Origin: an uncultured Methanosarcinales archaeon
GTDB lineage: Archaea > Nanobdellota > Nanobdellia > Woesearchaeales > JAGVZT01
Direction of reading: 5' to 3'
NCBI GenBank assembly: GCA_964419615.1
Contig: CAYQPU010000024.1
Coordinates: forward strand, 1 to 24,840
Length of the DNA: 24,840 bases
Within the stretch, counting starts at the first letter, position 1; each line of letters opens with the position of its first letter. The notes under the pieces are model-generated. The model was not told the DNA's origin. It worked only from the letters and a program-made list of their open reading frames with translations, and ran no database searches. Shown in pieces: positions 24,300 through 24,840 of this stretch. Both the position numbers and the translations under genes were made by a program.

Positions 24300-24840
24300 T
24301 TCTTTTCCTCCTTTTTATTAACTTCATAATCTGCATCCACAACTTTCTCTTTCTTCTTTTTTGGTTTTTCCTGAGCACTATCTTTTGCACTTGGATCGGC
24401 TGATTGTTGAGCTTGTTGTGCGGCTTGTTGTTCTTGAGCAACCTTTTGATAAAGTTCAGTACTAATAGCCTGTACTTTTTTATTAACTTCCTCAACCTTA
24501 GCTTTGATAGCAGCTGCATCTTTTTCTTCAGGTTTGAGTAATTCTTTTAGTTCATCAACCAAAACTTTTGCATCCTTGATCTTGTCTTCAGGAACTTTAT
24601 CTTTGAACTCCTCAAACAATTTTTCAGTTGAATACACCAAAGTCTCAGCCTCATTAATAACCTCAACCTGATCTTTTCTCTTCTTGTCTTCTTCAGCATG
24701 CAGCTCTGCATCCTTTCTCATCTTCTCAATCTCTTCATCACTAAGTTTTTGACCAGCAGTAATCTTAATAGACTGCTCTTTTTGTGTTCCAAGATCCTTT
24801 GCACCTACATGAACAATACCATTTGCATCAATATCAAATG
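24296..24840 (-). CDS. dnaK: Chaperone DnaK, C-terminal part (runs off the window)
   Basis: The frame extends to the window edge: [27 protein letters not shown] ... [20 protein letters not shown] ... VVDADYE. Confidence 0.95.
   Translation of the reverse strand, partial: FDIDANGIVHVGAKDLGTQKEQSIKITAGQKLSDEEIEKMRKDAELHAEEDKKRKDQVEVINEAETLVYSTEKLFEEFKDKVPEDKIKDAKVLVDELKELLKPEEKDAAAIKAKVEEVNKKVQAISTELYQKVAQEQQAAQQAQQSADPSAKDSAQEKPKKKKEKVVDADYEVNKKEEKK

Noticed and set aside
338-24519. Short antisense or alternate-frame ORFs in the track (for example 338-535, 1736-2101, 3835-4080, 5495-5911, 11211-11429, 12538-12882, 16407-16688, 21528-21857, 24274-24519)
   Set aside because: They lie inside or opposite well-supported genes, have shadow-ORF composition, and lack SD or TATA support.
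1-24840. CRISPR array or cas operon suggested by the CARF protein
   Set aside because: No regularly spaced direct repeats or cas-like ORFs were seen anywhere in the window.

Overview
AT-rich archaeal chromosome segment, most likely a DPANN lineage such as Woesearchaeales. This is an inference from archaeal TATA boxes, GGTGA-type Shine-Dalgarno sites, an archaeal exosome/proteasome operon and KKAQ pilin-like genes. Core content: a pilin-like gene run (5' partial), DUF192, an M50/site-2-protease-like protein with a broken zinc motif, Rad50/SbcC, a CARF-wHTH (Csa3-like) regulator, glutamate dehydrogenase, an Lgt homologue, a tandem GILT-like thioredoxin membrane protein, the pop5-psmA-SBDS-rrp4-rrp41-rrp42-rpoK operon, diphthine-ammonia ligase, and a dnaK (partial)-HAD-HD-HAD-dnaJ-HD operon. 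Orphan ORFs are interspersed. No CRISPR array, tRNA, rRNA or transposase was recognised. The most notable unexplained items are: (1) a GC-enriched, extensively base-paired RNA candidate of about 160 nt (16710-16868) with its own TATA box, ending in ACCA, which I cannot assign to a known family; (2) a divergent class III nucleotide-cyclase-like ORF directly downstream of it; (3) a cas-less, Cys-rich CARF regulator with a palindromic operator-like site and a divergent SD-led micro-ORF (MGCCGED); (4) a bacterial-type Lgt homologue in an archaeon; (5) a multiply frameshifted gene at 19581-20064. All family calls come from motif recognition by eye; no searches or folding programs were run.
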